Below, one piece after another: positions 1 to 9,613 of a DNA stretch of 37,303 bases; position 1 is the first letter of the stretch; every line of letters starts with the position of its first letter. The notes under the pieces are model-generated. The model was not told where the DNA came from. It worked only from the letters and a program-made list of their open reading frames with translations, and made no database searches. The stretch comes from Nannocystis sp. (GTDB lineage Bacteria > Myxococcota_A > Polyangia > Nannocystales > Nannocystaceae): assembly GCF_016717175.1 (NCBI RefSeq), contig NZ_JADKFZ010000003.1, one strand, 5' to 3'. A program made the position numbers and the translations under genes.

Positions 1-26
1 AGCTGCACAGCGGCGTCGGCCGATTC

Positions 27-671
27 ATGAAGGCCGTGTACGCGTGGACGTTGACCGGCGTGGGGCTGACGGCCGCGACGGCGGGGCTGCTCGGGCGCTC
101 GCCGGAGTCGGTGGCGGCGCTGGGTGAGGCGCCGGGCTCGGGGCTGCTATGGCCGGCGCTGGCCGTGCTGGCGCTGGCCTGCGGGACGCGGCTGCACCAG
201 CTGCCGCCGCGGCTGGCGCGGGCGGCCTTCCTCGGCTTCTCGGCGCTGTTCGGGGCGGCGCTGGCGTGGATCGGGGCGGTCACGGCGTTGACGCCGGGGC
301 GGCTCGGGCTGGCGGTGGCCGTGGCCTGCGGGGTGTTCGTGGTCCTGGCCGTGTTCGGCAGCCGGACCCGGCGAGACCTCAGCGGCTGGGGTCCGGTGCT
401 GATGGCGGCGTTGCTCGGGAGCATCATCGCCGTGGTGCTGGACCTCGGGGTGCTGCGGGGTGCCGGGGTGCCGGGCCTCGATACCGGCGTTCAGGCGCTG
501 CTGTGTGGGATCTTCGCGGGTTTTGTGGCGCACGACACCCAGAAGATCAAGCAGATGTACCGCGCCCACGGGCCGCGGGACAACCTCGCGGTGGTCGGGG
601 CGCTCAAGCTGTACCTTGACTTCGTGAACCTGCTGCTGGCGACGCTGCGTCTGGTCGGCGGCTACCGCTGA
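27..671 (+). CDS. Bax inhibitor-1/YccA (TMBIM) family integral membrane protein; probably 5'-partial, with the first ~20 aa upstream of the window
   Basis: Seven hydrophobic segments. The C-terminal motif ALKLYLDFVNLLLATLRLVGG matches the BI-1/YccA signature (..LYLDxINLFL..L). The ORF begins inside the first TM helix (KAVYAWTLTGVGL), and the frame is open to position 3 with no upstream stop. Confidence 0.65.
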   Translation: MKAVYAWTLTGVGLTAATAGLLGRSPESVAALGEAPGSGLLWPALAVLALACGTRLHQLPPRLARAAFLGFSALFGAALAWIGAVTALTPGRLGLAVAVACGVFVVLAVFGSRTRRDLSGWGPVLMAALLGSIIAVVLDLGVLRGAGVPGLDTGVQALLCGIFAGFVAHDTQKIKQMYRAHGPRDNLAVVGALKLYLDFVNLLLATLRLVGGYR

Positions 672-740
672 GTGCGTGATGGTCTTGCGCGGGCGCGCGG
701 TCGTGGCATCCTGGCCGCGATCGCGCACCTCGAGGATCGC

Positions 741-1292
741 ATGCACCACACCTACCTGTTGTCCATCCTCGCCGTCACGGCGCTGCTCGGCGCCTGCGGC
801 GACGGCAAGTCCAAGCCGAGCAAGATCGCAGCCGCCTTCGAGCATCAGGTCGACCCCAAGGGCGACGCGAAGCAGGCCGGCGAGCAGATGCAGAAGCTCA
901 AGGAGAAGGTCGCGGCCGACGCGGAGGCGGCGGTGCTGGCCCAGATCGACAAGGTCACGGTGCCTGCGGCCGACGTGCCGGGCGAGATCAAGGCGGCCTG
1001 CGACGCGATGCGCGGGGCCTTCGATGAGTTCGTGCAGAAGCGCCTGGCGAGCAACAAGGACGAGCTCGAGAAGTGGAAGGTCATGAAGGGCTACGACCTC
1101 GACAAGGCGGTCGAGGCCTGCCTGACCGAGAACCAGCCGAAGGTCGCGGCGTGTCAGACGAACGCGTTCGCGAACGCGTCGCTGGAGATCGGGCGCGACC
1201 GGGCCGAGTCCTTGCTCGCGACCTGCACCAAGAAGTTCGGCATGCCGCTCGCGGCGGCGCCGGGTGGCGACAAGGCCAAGCCGCAGGGCTGA
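741..1292 (+). CDS. hypothetical Lys/Ala-rich lipoprotein
   Basis: Internal start MHHTYLLSILAVTALLGACGDG carries a lipobox (LLGAC). No recognisable catalytic motifs. The stop lies in the context gGCTGAGGC, followed by short AAGCGG tandem repeats. Confidence 0.45.
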   Translation: MHHTYLLSILAVTALLGACGDGKSKPSKIAAAFEHQVDPKGDAKQAGEQMQKLKEKVAADAEAAVLAQIDKVTVPAADVPGEIKAACDAMRGAFDEFVQKRLASNKDELEKWKVMKGYDLDKAVEACLTENQPKVAACQTNAFANASLEIGRDRAESLLATCTKKFGMPLAAAPGGDKAKPQG

Positions 1293-1394
1293 GGCCTGAA
1301 GCGGGCAGAAGCGGCTGAAACGGCAGAAGCGGCCTCAAGCGGCCAATTGGGGGACGGTGGCGTTTACGCGCACGGGTGGTTATGCTCGTGGACG

Positions 1395-3308
1395 ATGTCT
1401 CACCGCCGCCTCCTCGCAATCCCTCTCGCGCTCGTGGCGTGTGATCCGGCGACCGGCGATCGGGACGGCGGGCTGGATGTCCCGGAGGACAGGTCGGATG
1501 TCCCGGGGGACATCCGGGCGCCGGGCGGGCTGGATGTCCCGGAGGACAGGTCGGATGTCCCGGAGGACATCCAGGACGCGGCCGAACTCGGGGCGCCGCG
1601 CGGGATGTCGCCGCTGGGTGGGCCGCGGGGGTGGACCACGCCGACGCCCGCGCCGCTGCCAGCGGTCAAGGCGCCGCTGCCGGCGGCGTATTGCAAGATC
1701 AACGTCAACGGCGTCGATCACGACACAGAGACGGACTACGTGCCGCACGTGGTCCAGTGCGAGAACGGGGGCGCCAACTTCGAGGCGCTCAAGGCCCAGG
1801 CGATCGCGGCCCGGTCGGTGGCGTACTACGCGATGGCGAACGACGGCAAGATCTGCGACGGGCAGGGCTGTCAGGTGTACTCGTGCAACGCCAACCCGAC
1901 GCAGGCGCAGCTCGACGCGGCCAAGGCGACGGCGGGGCAGTACCTGTCGTTCAACGGGTGGCTGACCTATGCCTTCTACGTCGCCGGCGACTCGACCACG
2001 GCGCCGCCGAGCTGCGTCGACACCGACAACGGCAACGCCTCGGCGACCGAGAAGTGGGTGACCTTCAATAATGGCAAGACGGGTTACGACGTCGACCAGA
2101 CGGGGCTCGGCTTCAAGTTCCCCGAGGACCTGAATGTGGCGGGTTACGGGCAGAACCGCGGCTGCATGTCGCAGTGGGGCGCTCGCTGCCTCGAGAACAA
2201 GAACGGCAAGAACAGCACGGACATCCTGCAGTTCTACTTCGGCGCGGACATCCAGATCTTGCAGGCGGAGGGGTCGTGTGTGGTCCCGCCGAACAAGCCG
2301 GCGAGCGGGTCGCTCGACGAGGTGAGCTGCACGCAGCTGCGCGGGTGGGCCTTCGACGGCGACAGCGGGGCCGCGGCGATCAACGCGTACGTCAGCTTCC
2401 ATGCGCCGCTCGGAGATCCGGCGGCGGTGTCGATCACGCTGCTGGCGGCGGAGCAGCGCGACGACCTGTGCGACATGCTCGGGAGCTGCACGCACGGCTT
2501 CTCGCACGGGCTGCCGCGCTCGCTGATGGACAACCAGCCGCACCCGGTGCACGCGTACGCGGTCGATCCGCAGGCCGATCCTGTCGAGGTTGGCGGTAGC
2601 CCGAAGGACCTGCTGTGCCCGCCGCCGGCGCTGCCGGAGGGGGTGCGGCGGCACATTGGCAGCCCGGAGGTGTTGGCCGACTGGCAGTTCGACACCTTCT
2701 GGCAGATGGCGAAGGTCGACGACGCGACGCTGAACGCGATCGCGGAGTGGCAGGCGATCCCGACCTCGCCGCTGCTGATGCGGGTCGAGGGCGACCCGGC
2801 GGTGTGGCTGTTCGACAACGGGTTTCGTCGGCTGATCCCGAGTCCGGAGGTGGCGGCGGCCTGGAAGATGGATCTCAACGCGGCGGCGCTGTGGACCGCG
2901 GAGGAGCTGATGATGGTGCCCGAGGGCACCCCGCTGCGACCGGAGCCGTTCCTGATCACGGGCGCGGGGCCGGCGGTGTACCTGATCGACGACGCGCAGT
3001 GTCCGGCGCAGGGCGACCCGAACGACCCGCTGTGTCCGCCACCCGACCCGAGTGGGGGTAGTGACGGCGGCGAGAGCAGCGGCGGGGCGGGCAGCTCGGG
3101 TGGCAATACCCCGACCGAGGGCTGGGTCGGGTCGGAGGGGGGCGTGGGTGCTTCGAGCGGGGCGGGCGAGGGCGGGCAGTTGGACAGCGGACCGGCGTTG
3201 CCGCCGGGGTACGGCGGCCAGAGCGGCTGTGTGGTCGATCCGGTCCAGCGGGGAGCGCCGGGTGTGCTCGTGCTCGCGGGGGTGTTGTTGCGGCGACGGC
3301 GACGCTAG
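1395..3308 (+). CDS. SpoIID/LytB-domain lipoprotein with N-terminal 19-aa tandem repeats and a MYXO-CTERM-like tail
   Basis: Start MSHRRLLAIPLALVACD has a lipobox. The motif EALKAQAIAARSVAYYAM..CDGQGCQVY resembles the SpoIID/LytB amidase-enhancer core (ALKAQAVAARTYA). The C-terminus GCVVDPVQRGAPGVLVLAGVLLRRRRR has the Cys + TM + Arg-run pattern typical of MYXO-CTERM sorting tails. Confidence 0.6.
   Translation: MSHRRLLAIPLALVACDPATGDRDGGLDVPEDRSDVPGDIRAPGGLDVPEDRSDVPEDIQDAAELGAPRGMSPLGGPRGWTTPTPAPLPAVKAPLPAAYCKINVNGVDHDTETDYVPHVVQCENGGANFEALKAQAIAARSVAYYAMANDGKICDGQGCQVYSCNANPTQAQLDAAKATAGQYLSFNGWLTYAFYVAGDSTTAPPSCVDTDNGNASATEKWVTFNNGKTGYDVDQTGLGFKFPEDLNVAGYGQNRGCMSQWGARCLENKNGKNSTDILQFYFGADIQILQAEGSCVVPPNKPASGSLDEVSCTQLRGWAFDGDSGAAAINAYVSFHAPLGDPAAVSITLLAAEQRDDLCDMLGSCTHGFSHGLPRSLMDNQPHPVHAYAVDPQADPVEVGGSPKDLLCPPPALPEGVRRHIGSPEVLADWQFDTFWQMAKVDDATLNAIAEWQAIPTSPLLMRVEGDPAVWLFDNGFRRLIPSPEVAAAWKMDLNAAALWTAEELMMVPEGTPLRPEPFLITGAGPAVYLIDDAQCPAQGDPNDPLCPPPDPSGGSDGGESSGGAGSSGGNTPTEGWVGSEGGVGASSGAGEGGQLDSGPALPPGYGGQSGCVVDPVQRGAPGVLVLAGVLLRRRRR
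1467..1580 (+). repeat. 57-bp in-frame tandem duplication encoding GGLDVPEDRSDVP(G/E)DI(R/Q)(A/D)(P/A)
   Basis: Two near-identical consecutive 19-codon units are visible in both the DNA and the translation. Each unit contains a ggatgtccc..gggacatcc inverted repeat. Confidence 0.8.
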
Positions 3309-3430
3309 CGATCGGGCGTGTTGATCAGCAGTGCTCGTGCTCGTGGGGGTGTTGTTGCGGCGACGACACTCGCGGTCAGGCGTGTAGGTCGGCGCTGCTC
3401 GTGCTCGCGGGGCGACGCTAGCGATCGGGC
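3264..3430. repeat. Triplicated, partially deleted copies of the SpoIID-gene 3' tail filling the convergent intergenic space; the palindromic GCTAGCGATCG motif supplies the TAG stop for both convergent genes
   Basis: The segment gtgctcgtgctcg(c/t)ggggg tgttgttgcggcgacg occurs three times (about 3268, 3330 and 3385). The 18-mer cgacgctagcgatcgggc occurs at the + gene stop (about 3298) and again at the - gene stop (about 3412). Confidence 0.7.
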
Positions 3431-5439
3431 AGGTGGATCGGCTCGGGGCCGGCGAGGGTTGGGGGCGCGAGCAGGGCGTCGAGGCTGCGCTGCGTGATCG
3501 GGTGGTAGGCCGGACGGGCCTTCGCGTAGATCTCGTGGGCGCGGGGTTGGCCGGTCGGTGAGGCGAGCAGGGCCTCGTAGATCGGGGTCAGGTATTTGCG
3601 GCGGCCGACCTCGACGAGGAAGCGCTCGAGACGGGCGTCGGCGGGCCGGTAGTCGTGGGTGGCGGCCAGCAGCAGCCACTGCGCGAGCACCTCGTAATTG
3701 CTGCTGGCGCCGAGCTGGAAGGCGGCGTCGAGCTGATCGAGCAGGGCCACGGCGTTGCTCGCGGTGAGCGGGAGGCTCCGCAGGAAGTAGATCCAGTGCT
3801 GCGGGCTCCACGTGCGGGTGGGCAGCTTTTTCGCGGGGGTCTCGCCGCGGGCGAAGGAGGCGGCTGCGGTGGCGACGGCGTCGAGGCCGGGGGCGCGGGC
3901 CTGCGGGGCGTCGGGGAGCAGGCCGGGGCTGGTCAGCCAGAGCTCGAGGTCGGGGGTGTTCTGGCCGGGGAGCAGCGGCTGGGTGAGCAGGACCTCGCGG
4001 AAGAAGCGGGTGAACTCGGCGGTGGGCTGGCTGGTGAAGGCGTGCTCGGCGAACCAGCGGGCGAGGGCGAGGTCGAAGGCGGGGCGGCCGAAGGCCTGCT
4101 CGAGGCGGCGCAGCAGCAGGTAGCCCTTCTCGTAGGGGATGTCGGAGAACACGTCGTCGGGGTCGCGGCCGGCGAGGTCGACGTGGAGGACGGTGTCGCC
4201 GGGGTGCTCGGCGAGGGCGGCGAGGTCTCTCTCGAGGTCCTGGCGGCCGAGGGCGGCCTCGATCTCGGCGCGCTCGGCCCCGTAGATGGCCTCGACGATG
4301 CGGCGCTCGAGGTAGACGGTGAAGCCCTCGTTGAGCCAGAGGTCCCGCCAGGTGGCGTTGGAGACGAGGTTGCCGGACCAGCTGTGGGCCAGCTCGTGGG
4401 CGATGAGGGCGACCAGTGAGCGGTCGCCGGCGAGGATCGTGGGGGTGACGAAGGTGACGCGGGGGTTCTCCATGCCGCCGAAGGGGAAGGCGGGCGGGAG
4501 GACCAGGACCTCGTAGCGGCCCCAGCGGTAGGGGCCGAACTGCTGCTCGGTGGTGGCGAGCATGGCCTCGAGGTCGGCGAACTCGTGGCGGGCGCGGGCG
4601 ACCAGGCTGGGCTCGGCCCACACGCCCGTGCGCGGGCCGGTGCTGGCCGACTCGAGGCGGCCGACGGCGAGGGCGAGCAGGTAAGGGGGGATCGAGTGGT
4701 CGAGGGCGAAGCGGTGGACCTGGCCTTCGGGACCTGTCTCGACGGACAGGGTCTCGGCGGCCATGACGGGCACGGTGGGGGCCGGGCTGCGCACGCGGGC
4801 GTCGAAGGTGATGCGGATCCCGGGGCTGTCCTGTACGGGGACCCAGGAGCGGGCGTGGATCGCCTGCGACTGGGTGTAGAGGAAGGGAGCGAGGTGGTCG
4901 GCGGTCTGCTCCGGGCCGAGCCACTGCAGGCCGCTGGCGGCGGGGGTCGTACGGTAGGTGACGCGGACGCGGTCGACCGCGGGCGGCAGGTCGATGTGCA
5001 GGGGTCGGCCGAGCACGGGATGCAGGCCGCCGAGCCCGAAGGTGGTGCTGCGCCAGGCGAGGTCGGAGGCGCCGGCGAGGCGCAGCGGGGGATCGGTGGC
5101 GGTGGCGGTGGCGACCTCGACGCGGTCGACCTCGAGATCGCGGGTGTCGAGGACGAGCTCCCGGGCGTCGGGGCGGCGGGTGATGGCGAGGGTGACGGCG
5201 CCGGAGAGGATGTGGGCGTCGAAGTCGACGACGAGGTCGAGGCCCAGGTGGGTGACGCGGGCCTCGTCGGGGCGGGCGAAGGAGTGCGGGTCGGGGCCGG
5301 GGGCCTGCAGGGCGGGGAGGGTCGGGACCGCGGCGGGCGGGGTGGAGAAGGTCGGCGTCGGGGTGTTCGACATGCAGGCGGGCCCGAGCGAGAGGGTGGC
5401 GGCGAGGGTGGCGAGCGCAGGGCGCGAGGGGAGGCGCAA
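3418..5439 (-). CDS. M1-family zinc aminopeptidase (leukotriene A4 hydrolase / aminopeptidase N-like) lipoprotein
   Basis: GGMENP (GAMEN-type exopeptidase motif), HELAHSWSGNLV (HExxH zinc site) followed by NEGFTVYLE (third zinc ligand Glu), and the catalytic YEKG tyrosine motif. The N-terminus LSLGPACMS has a lipobox. Confidence 0.85.
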   Translation of the reverse strand: MRLPSRPALATLAATLSLGPACMSNTPTPTFSTPPAAVPTLPALQAPGPDPHSFARPDEARVTHLGLDLVVDFDAHILSGAVTLAITRRPDARELVLDTRDLEVDRVEVATATATDPPLRLAGASDLAWRSTTFGLGGLHPVLGRPLHIDLPPAVDRVRVTYRTTPAASGLQWLGPEQTADHLAPFLYTQSQAIHARSWVPVQDSPGIRITFDARVRSPAPTVPVMAAETLSVETGPEGQVHRFALDHSIPPYLLALAVGRLESASTGPRTGVWAEPSLVARARHEFADLEAMLATTEQQFGPYRWGRYEVLVLPPAFPFGGMENPRVTFVTPTILAGDRSLVALIAHELAHSWSGNLVSNATWRDLWLNEGFTVYLERRIVEAIYGAERAEIEAALGRQDLERDLAALAEHPGDTVLHVDLAGRDPDDVFSDIPYEKGYLLLRRLEQAFGRPAFDLALARWFAEHAFTSQPTAEFTRFFREVLLTQPLLPGQNTPDLELWLTSPGLLPDAPQARAPGLDAVATAAASFARGETPAKKLPTRTWSPQHWIYFLRSLPLTASNAVALLDQLDAAFQLGASSNYEVLAQWLLLAATHDYRPADARLERFLVEVGRRKYLTPIYEALLASPTGQPRAHEIYAKARPAYHPITQRSLDALLAPPTLAGPEPIHLPDR

Positions 5440-5467
5440 GGTGGGGCGACGATAGCGGAAAATGCGA

Positions 5468-5496
5468 AGGGCCGGGCGCTTGCGCGTCCGGCCCCG
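5468..5496 (-). terminator. GC-rich hairpin (gggccgggcgc-ttgc-gcgtccggccc) 45 nt downstream of the BI-1 stop, followed on the coding strand by ttcgcattttcc
   Basis: A 10-11 bp stem with one mismatch and a 4-nt loop is visible in the sequence, with a T-rich tail on the minus strand. It lies between the BI-1 stop (5540) and the M1 peptidase start (5439). Confidence 0.35.
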
Positions 5497-5539
5497 ATGT
5501 CACTCAGGCGGGCAGCTGTGGCCCGCGCTGGCGTCTTCT

Positions 5540-6271
5540 TTAGTCGCGGCTGGTCAGGGACATGACGAACTGCAGGATGTACCAGAACATCAGGGCGACC
5601 GAGGCGAACAGGGTCAGCGCGGCGGCCACGTAGGCCTGCGGGTGGTAGTGCCGCATGATGTTGGAGGTGTCGTAGAGGATGTAGCAGGCCGACAGCGCGA
5701 TCATGAAGACCACGAAGAGGATGCCGAGCTGGAACCCGAAGATGAGGCTGAAGGCGATGAGACCCAGGGCGCCGAGGCTGAGGATCATCAGGGCGCCGCG
5801 CATCCACGAGAAGTCCTTCTTGGTGACCATGACGATGCCGGTCAGGGCCGCGAAGATGGCGAGGGTGCTGACGCCGGCGGTCATGATGACGTCCGGGCCG
5901 CCGTAGGCCTGGGCGAGCAGGAGCAGCGGGATGAAGATGACGGCCTCGGCGAGCACGTAGAGGCCGAGCCCGAGGTACTGCATGGGCCGGCTGCTCGAGT
6001 GGCGGGCGAAGTAGTCGGCGATCCAGCTGACGCCCACGAACAGGAGGAGCACCAGGCCCCAGTGGGTCTGCAGCATCGACACGCCGAGCTGGCGCATGAC
6101 GGCTGTGTTGAGGAAGACGAACTCGAGGGCCACGAACGCGGCCATGGCCCCGCCGAGGTGGAGGTAGGTGCGCTCGATGAACTTGGCGCGCTCGGCGACG
6201 CTGGTGCCGGCGTCGGCGTCCTGGCCCTGTTGATTCGGGTAGTACGACTGCTGTTGCTGGTTGAAGCTCAC
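5540..6271 (-). CDS. Bax inhibitor-1/YccA (TMBIM) family membrane protein, paralog of the 27..671 gene
   Basis: N-terminal QQGQ-rich tail, then ERAKFIERTYLHLGGAMAAFVALEF (classic YccA/BI-1 N-terminal signature) and seven TM segments. Length 243 aa. Confidence 0.85.
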   Translation of the reverse strand: MSFNQQQQSYYPNQQGQDADAGTSVAERAKFIERTYLHLGGAMAAFVALEFVFLNTAVMRQLGVSMLQTHWGLVLLLFVGVSWIADYFARHSSSRPMQYLGLGLYVLAEAVIFIPLLLLAQAYGGPDVIMTAGVSTLAIFAALTGIVMVTKKDFSWMRGALMILSLGALGLIAFSLIFGFQLGILFVVFMIALSACYILYDTSNIMRHYHPQAYVAAALTLFASVALMFWYILQFVMSLTSRD

Positions 6272-6383
6272 GGAGACCTCCGGGGCGATGCGCCCGCGAC
6301 CGCCAAGGTAGCGTCCCTGGCGGCGGCGGGCAAGATCGAGACCGGCGTTTACAGGGGCGGGAGAGGGCGGTACGTACGGGCTG

Positions 6384-6884
6384 ATGGCGAAAAAGCGCGA
6401 TCCGATCGGGGCACTGATGGACTTGAACGTCGGGCGTCACCCGCTGACGCGCCTGCAGCGGCTCGCCAACGCGATGCGCGCCGGGGCTGTGCCGCTGGCG
6501 GCGCTCGATGAGACGGTGACGGTGGACGAGAGCAGCGGGGTCGTCACGCGCATGATGGCGCTGTGTGGCCACTGCACGGGGCCGTGTTGCAGCACGCTGC
6601 GGATCCCGATCACGGTGAGTGACGCCAGGCGGCTGGCGCAGCACCTCAAGACGACGGTGGCTCGCCTGCCGCTGCTGGGGAAGGACGGGCTCGAGGAGGA
6701 GGCGGAGGATCTCGCGGGTTATCTGTCGAAGGGGGCGAGCCCGTGCCCGTACTTCGAGCGCGGCTGCTCGGTGCACAGCTTTCGCCCGGACGTGTGCCGC
6801 AGCTTCGGGCTGCACCACTGCATCGGCACGGGCAGCTTCGTGCCCGTGGGGCGCCTGCGTGCGGCCGCGGGAGTCGAGGCCTGA
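6384..6884 (+). CDS. YkgJ-family (UPF0153) CxxCxxCC Fe-S/zinc cluster protein
   Basis: The CGHCTGPCC motif (C-x2-C-x2-CC) plus downstream Cys residues (CPYFERGCSVH..CRSFGLHHC) is typical of the YkgJ / flagellin N-methylase-like cysteine-cluster family. Confidence 0.65.
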   Translation: MAKKRDPIGALMDLNVGRHPLTRLQRLANAMRAGAVPLAALDETVTVDESSGVVTRMMALCGHCTGPCCSTLRIPITVSDARRLAQHLKTTVARLPLLGKDGLEEEAEDLAGYLSKGASPCPYFERGCSVHSFRPDVCRSFGLHHCIGTGSFVPVGRLRAAAGVEA

Positions 6885-6892
6885 GCGGGGAG

Positions 6893-7884
<992 letters not shown>

Positions 7885-7888
<4 letters not shown>

Positions 7889-8730
7889 GCCAGGTCGGAA
7901 GGGACATGTCGCGGGGGACAGGTCCGGGGGCGGCGCTGCTGCGCGCGGGGCGGGTGCTGGCGGCGATGTGGCGGCTGGGGTTGGCGGAGGCGGTGGCGTA
8001 CCGGGCGGCGATGCTGGTGTGGATCTTGACGACGACCTTCCCGCTGGTGTCGCTGGCGCTGTGGTACAGCCTGGCGGCGGACGGGCCGATCGGGGACTAC
8101 GGGCGGGCCGACTTCGTGGCGTACTTCGTGGCGGCGTTCCTGATCCGGCAGCTGACGGCGAGCTGGGTGGTGTGGGACCTGTCGGCGCAGATCGCCAGCG
8201 GGGACCTGAGCACGCTGCTGATGCGGCCGGTGCACCCGCTGCTGCACCACTTGATGCAGAACGTGGCGGCGTTGCCGGTGCGGATGGCGCTGGCGCTGCC
8301 GCTCGGGGTGCTGGTGCTGGTGCTGGCGGGCGGGATCTCGGTGGAGCCGGGGCTGCACCTGCTGCTGGTGCCGCTGGCGGTGATCCTGGCGTGGCTGCTG
8401 GGGCTGTGCGTGCAGACCTGCGTGGCCTGCCTGGCGTTCTGGGTCACCTCGTCGACGTCGCTGTTCGAGGTGTGGCTCGGGCTCTACATGGTGCTGTCGG
8501 GCTACGCGGTGCCGACCTCGCTGTTCCCGGCGGGGCTCGTCGCCGTGGTCCGCTACCTGCCGTTTCATGCGTCGCTGGGATTTCCGGTGGAGCTGACGAT
8601 CGGGCGGCTGTCGGGGCCGGAGATCGCGGCGGGCTTCGCCACGCAGGTGGTGTGGCTGGCGCTGTTCGGGGGGCTCGCGCGCTGGCTGTGGCGCCGCGGG
8701 CTGCGGGCCTACGGGGCGGTGGGAGCGTGA
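7885..8730 (+). CDS. ABC-2 family transporter permease (subunit 1)
   Basis: ATG overlaps the ATPase stop (ATGA), indicating translational coupling. About 6 TM helices and ABC-2 (PF06182-like) architecture; 281 aa. Confidence 0.7.
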
Positions 8731-9521
8731 GGCTGCGCTACTACCTGCGCCTGGTCGGCGGGCAGCTGCGCATGAGCGTGCTGGCGGCGCTGCAGTACCG
8801 GCTCGGCTTCTGGACGCAGGGGGTGCTAGGGATCTTGTGGAGCGCGCTGGGCATGGCGCCGCTGGTGATCGCGGCGTCGCGGCTCGAGTCGGTGGCTGGG
8901 TGGAAGCCGGTCGAGCTGGTGCTGCTGACGGGCTGCTTCACGACGATGACCGGGTTGTGGAGCGCGCTGCTGGGGCCGGCGTTGATCGCGAGCATGAATC
9001 ACATTCGCCGCGGGACCCTCGACTACGTGCTGCTGCGCCCGGCCGACGCGCTGGTGCTGTGCCTGGTCGCCGAGTTCGCGCCGTGGTCGCTGATCGAGGC
9101 GCTCGGCGGGTTGCTGCTGATCGCCGGGGCGCTGATCCAGCTCGGGCGGATGCCGGGGCCGCTCGAGTTGCTGGCGGCGCTCGGGCTCGGGCTGGCGGGG
9201 ATGCTCGCGCTCTATGCCCTCGGGGTGATGGTGCTGTGCGCGAGCTTCCGGGCGATGCAGCTGCAGAACCTGACGTATCTGATGGAGGCGGTGCTGGACT
9301 TCGGGCGCTGGCCGGCGCAGGTGTTTCGCGGGGCGCTGCGGGTGCTGTTCACGTACGTGGTGCCGCTGGCGGTGATGACGACATATCCGGCGCAGGCGCT
9401 GCTCGGGGAGCTCGACGGCACGACGGTGGCGACGGCGCTGGTGACGAGCGTGGGGCTGATGCTGGTGGCGCGGCTGCTGTGGCTGCGGGCGCTGCGGGGC
9501 TACACGTCGGCGTCGAGCTAG
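8727..9521 (+). CDS. ABC-2 family transporter permease (subunit 2)
   Basis: GTG start overlaps the previous stop (GTGA). Product VRLRYYLRLVGGQLRMSVLAALQYRLGFW.. is multi-TM and paralogous in layout to subunit 1. An alternative ATG lies 15 codons downstream. Confidence 0.65.
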   Translation: MRLRYYLRLVGGQLRMSVLAALQYRLGFWTQGVLGILWSALGMAPLVIAASRLESVAGWKPVELVLLTGCFTTMTGLWSALLGPALIASMNHIRRGTLDYVLLRPADALVLCLVAEFAPWSLIEALGGLLLIAGALIQLGRMPGPLELLAALGLGLAGMLALYALGVMVLCASFRAMQLQNLTYLMEAVLDFGRWPAQVFRGALRVLFTYVVPLAVMTTYPAQALLGELDGTTVATALVTSVGLMLVARLLWLRALRGYTSASS

Positions 9522-9613
9522 TGCGTCGATATGGTTGTGAACGATACGGGGGCGGTCCGGCTGGTACGGATTCCATGTTGGTGCAGAACGCGTTGGGCGC
9601 GGAGGACGTCGCA

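Noticed and set aside
3933-6818. 961-aa minus-strand ORF, with similar very long ORFs at 1380..2654(-), 3305..5503(-), 20221..22302(-), 26536..28611(-), 27072..30233(-, N-terminal 620 aa), 28658..32152(+) and 20841..22637(+)
   Set aside because: Arg/Pro/Ala/Gly-rich low-complexity translations that are antisense to, or out of frame with, well-supported genes (M1 peptidase, BI-1, mqn fusion, amidohydrolase). They are the typical stop-codon-poor shadow ORFs of a ~70% GC genome.
6743-6892. Longer 5' extensions for the ABC ATPase (6743), permease 1 (7381) and permease 2 (7968) as given by the ORF track
   Set aside because: The extensions overlap the upstream genes extensively and are Arg/Gly-rich. 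The internal starts produce 4-nt ATGA/GTGA overlaps typical of translational coupling and give canonical N-termini.
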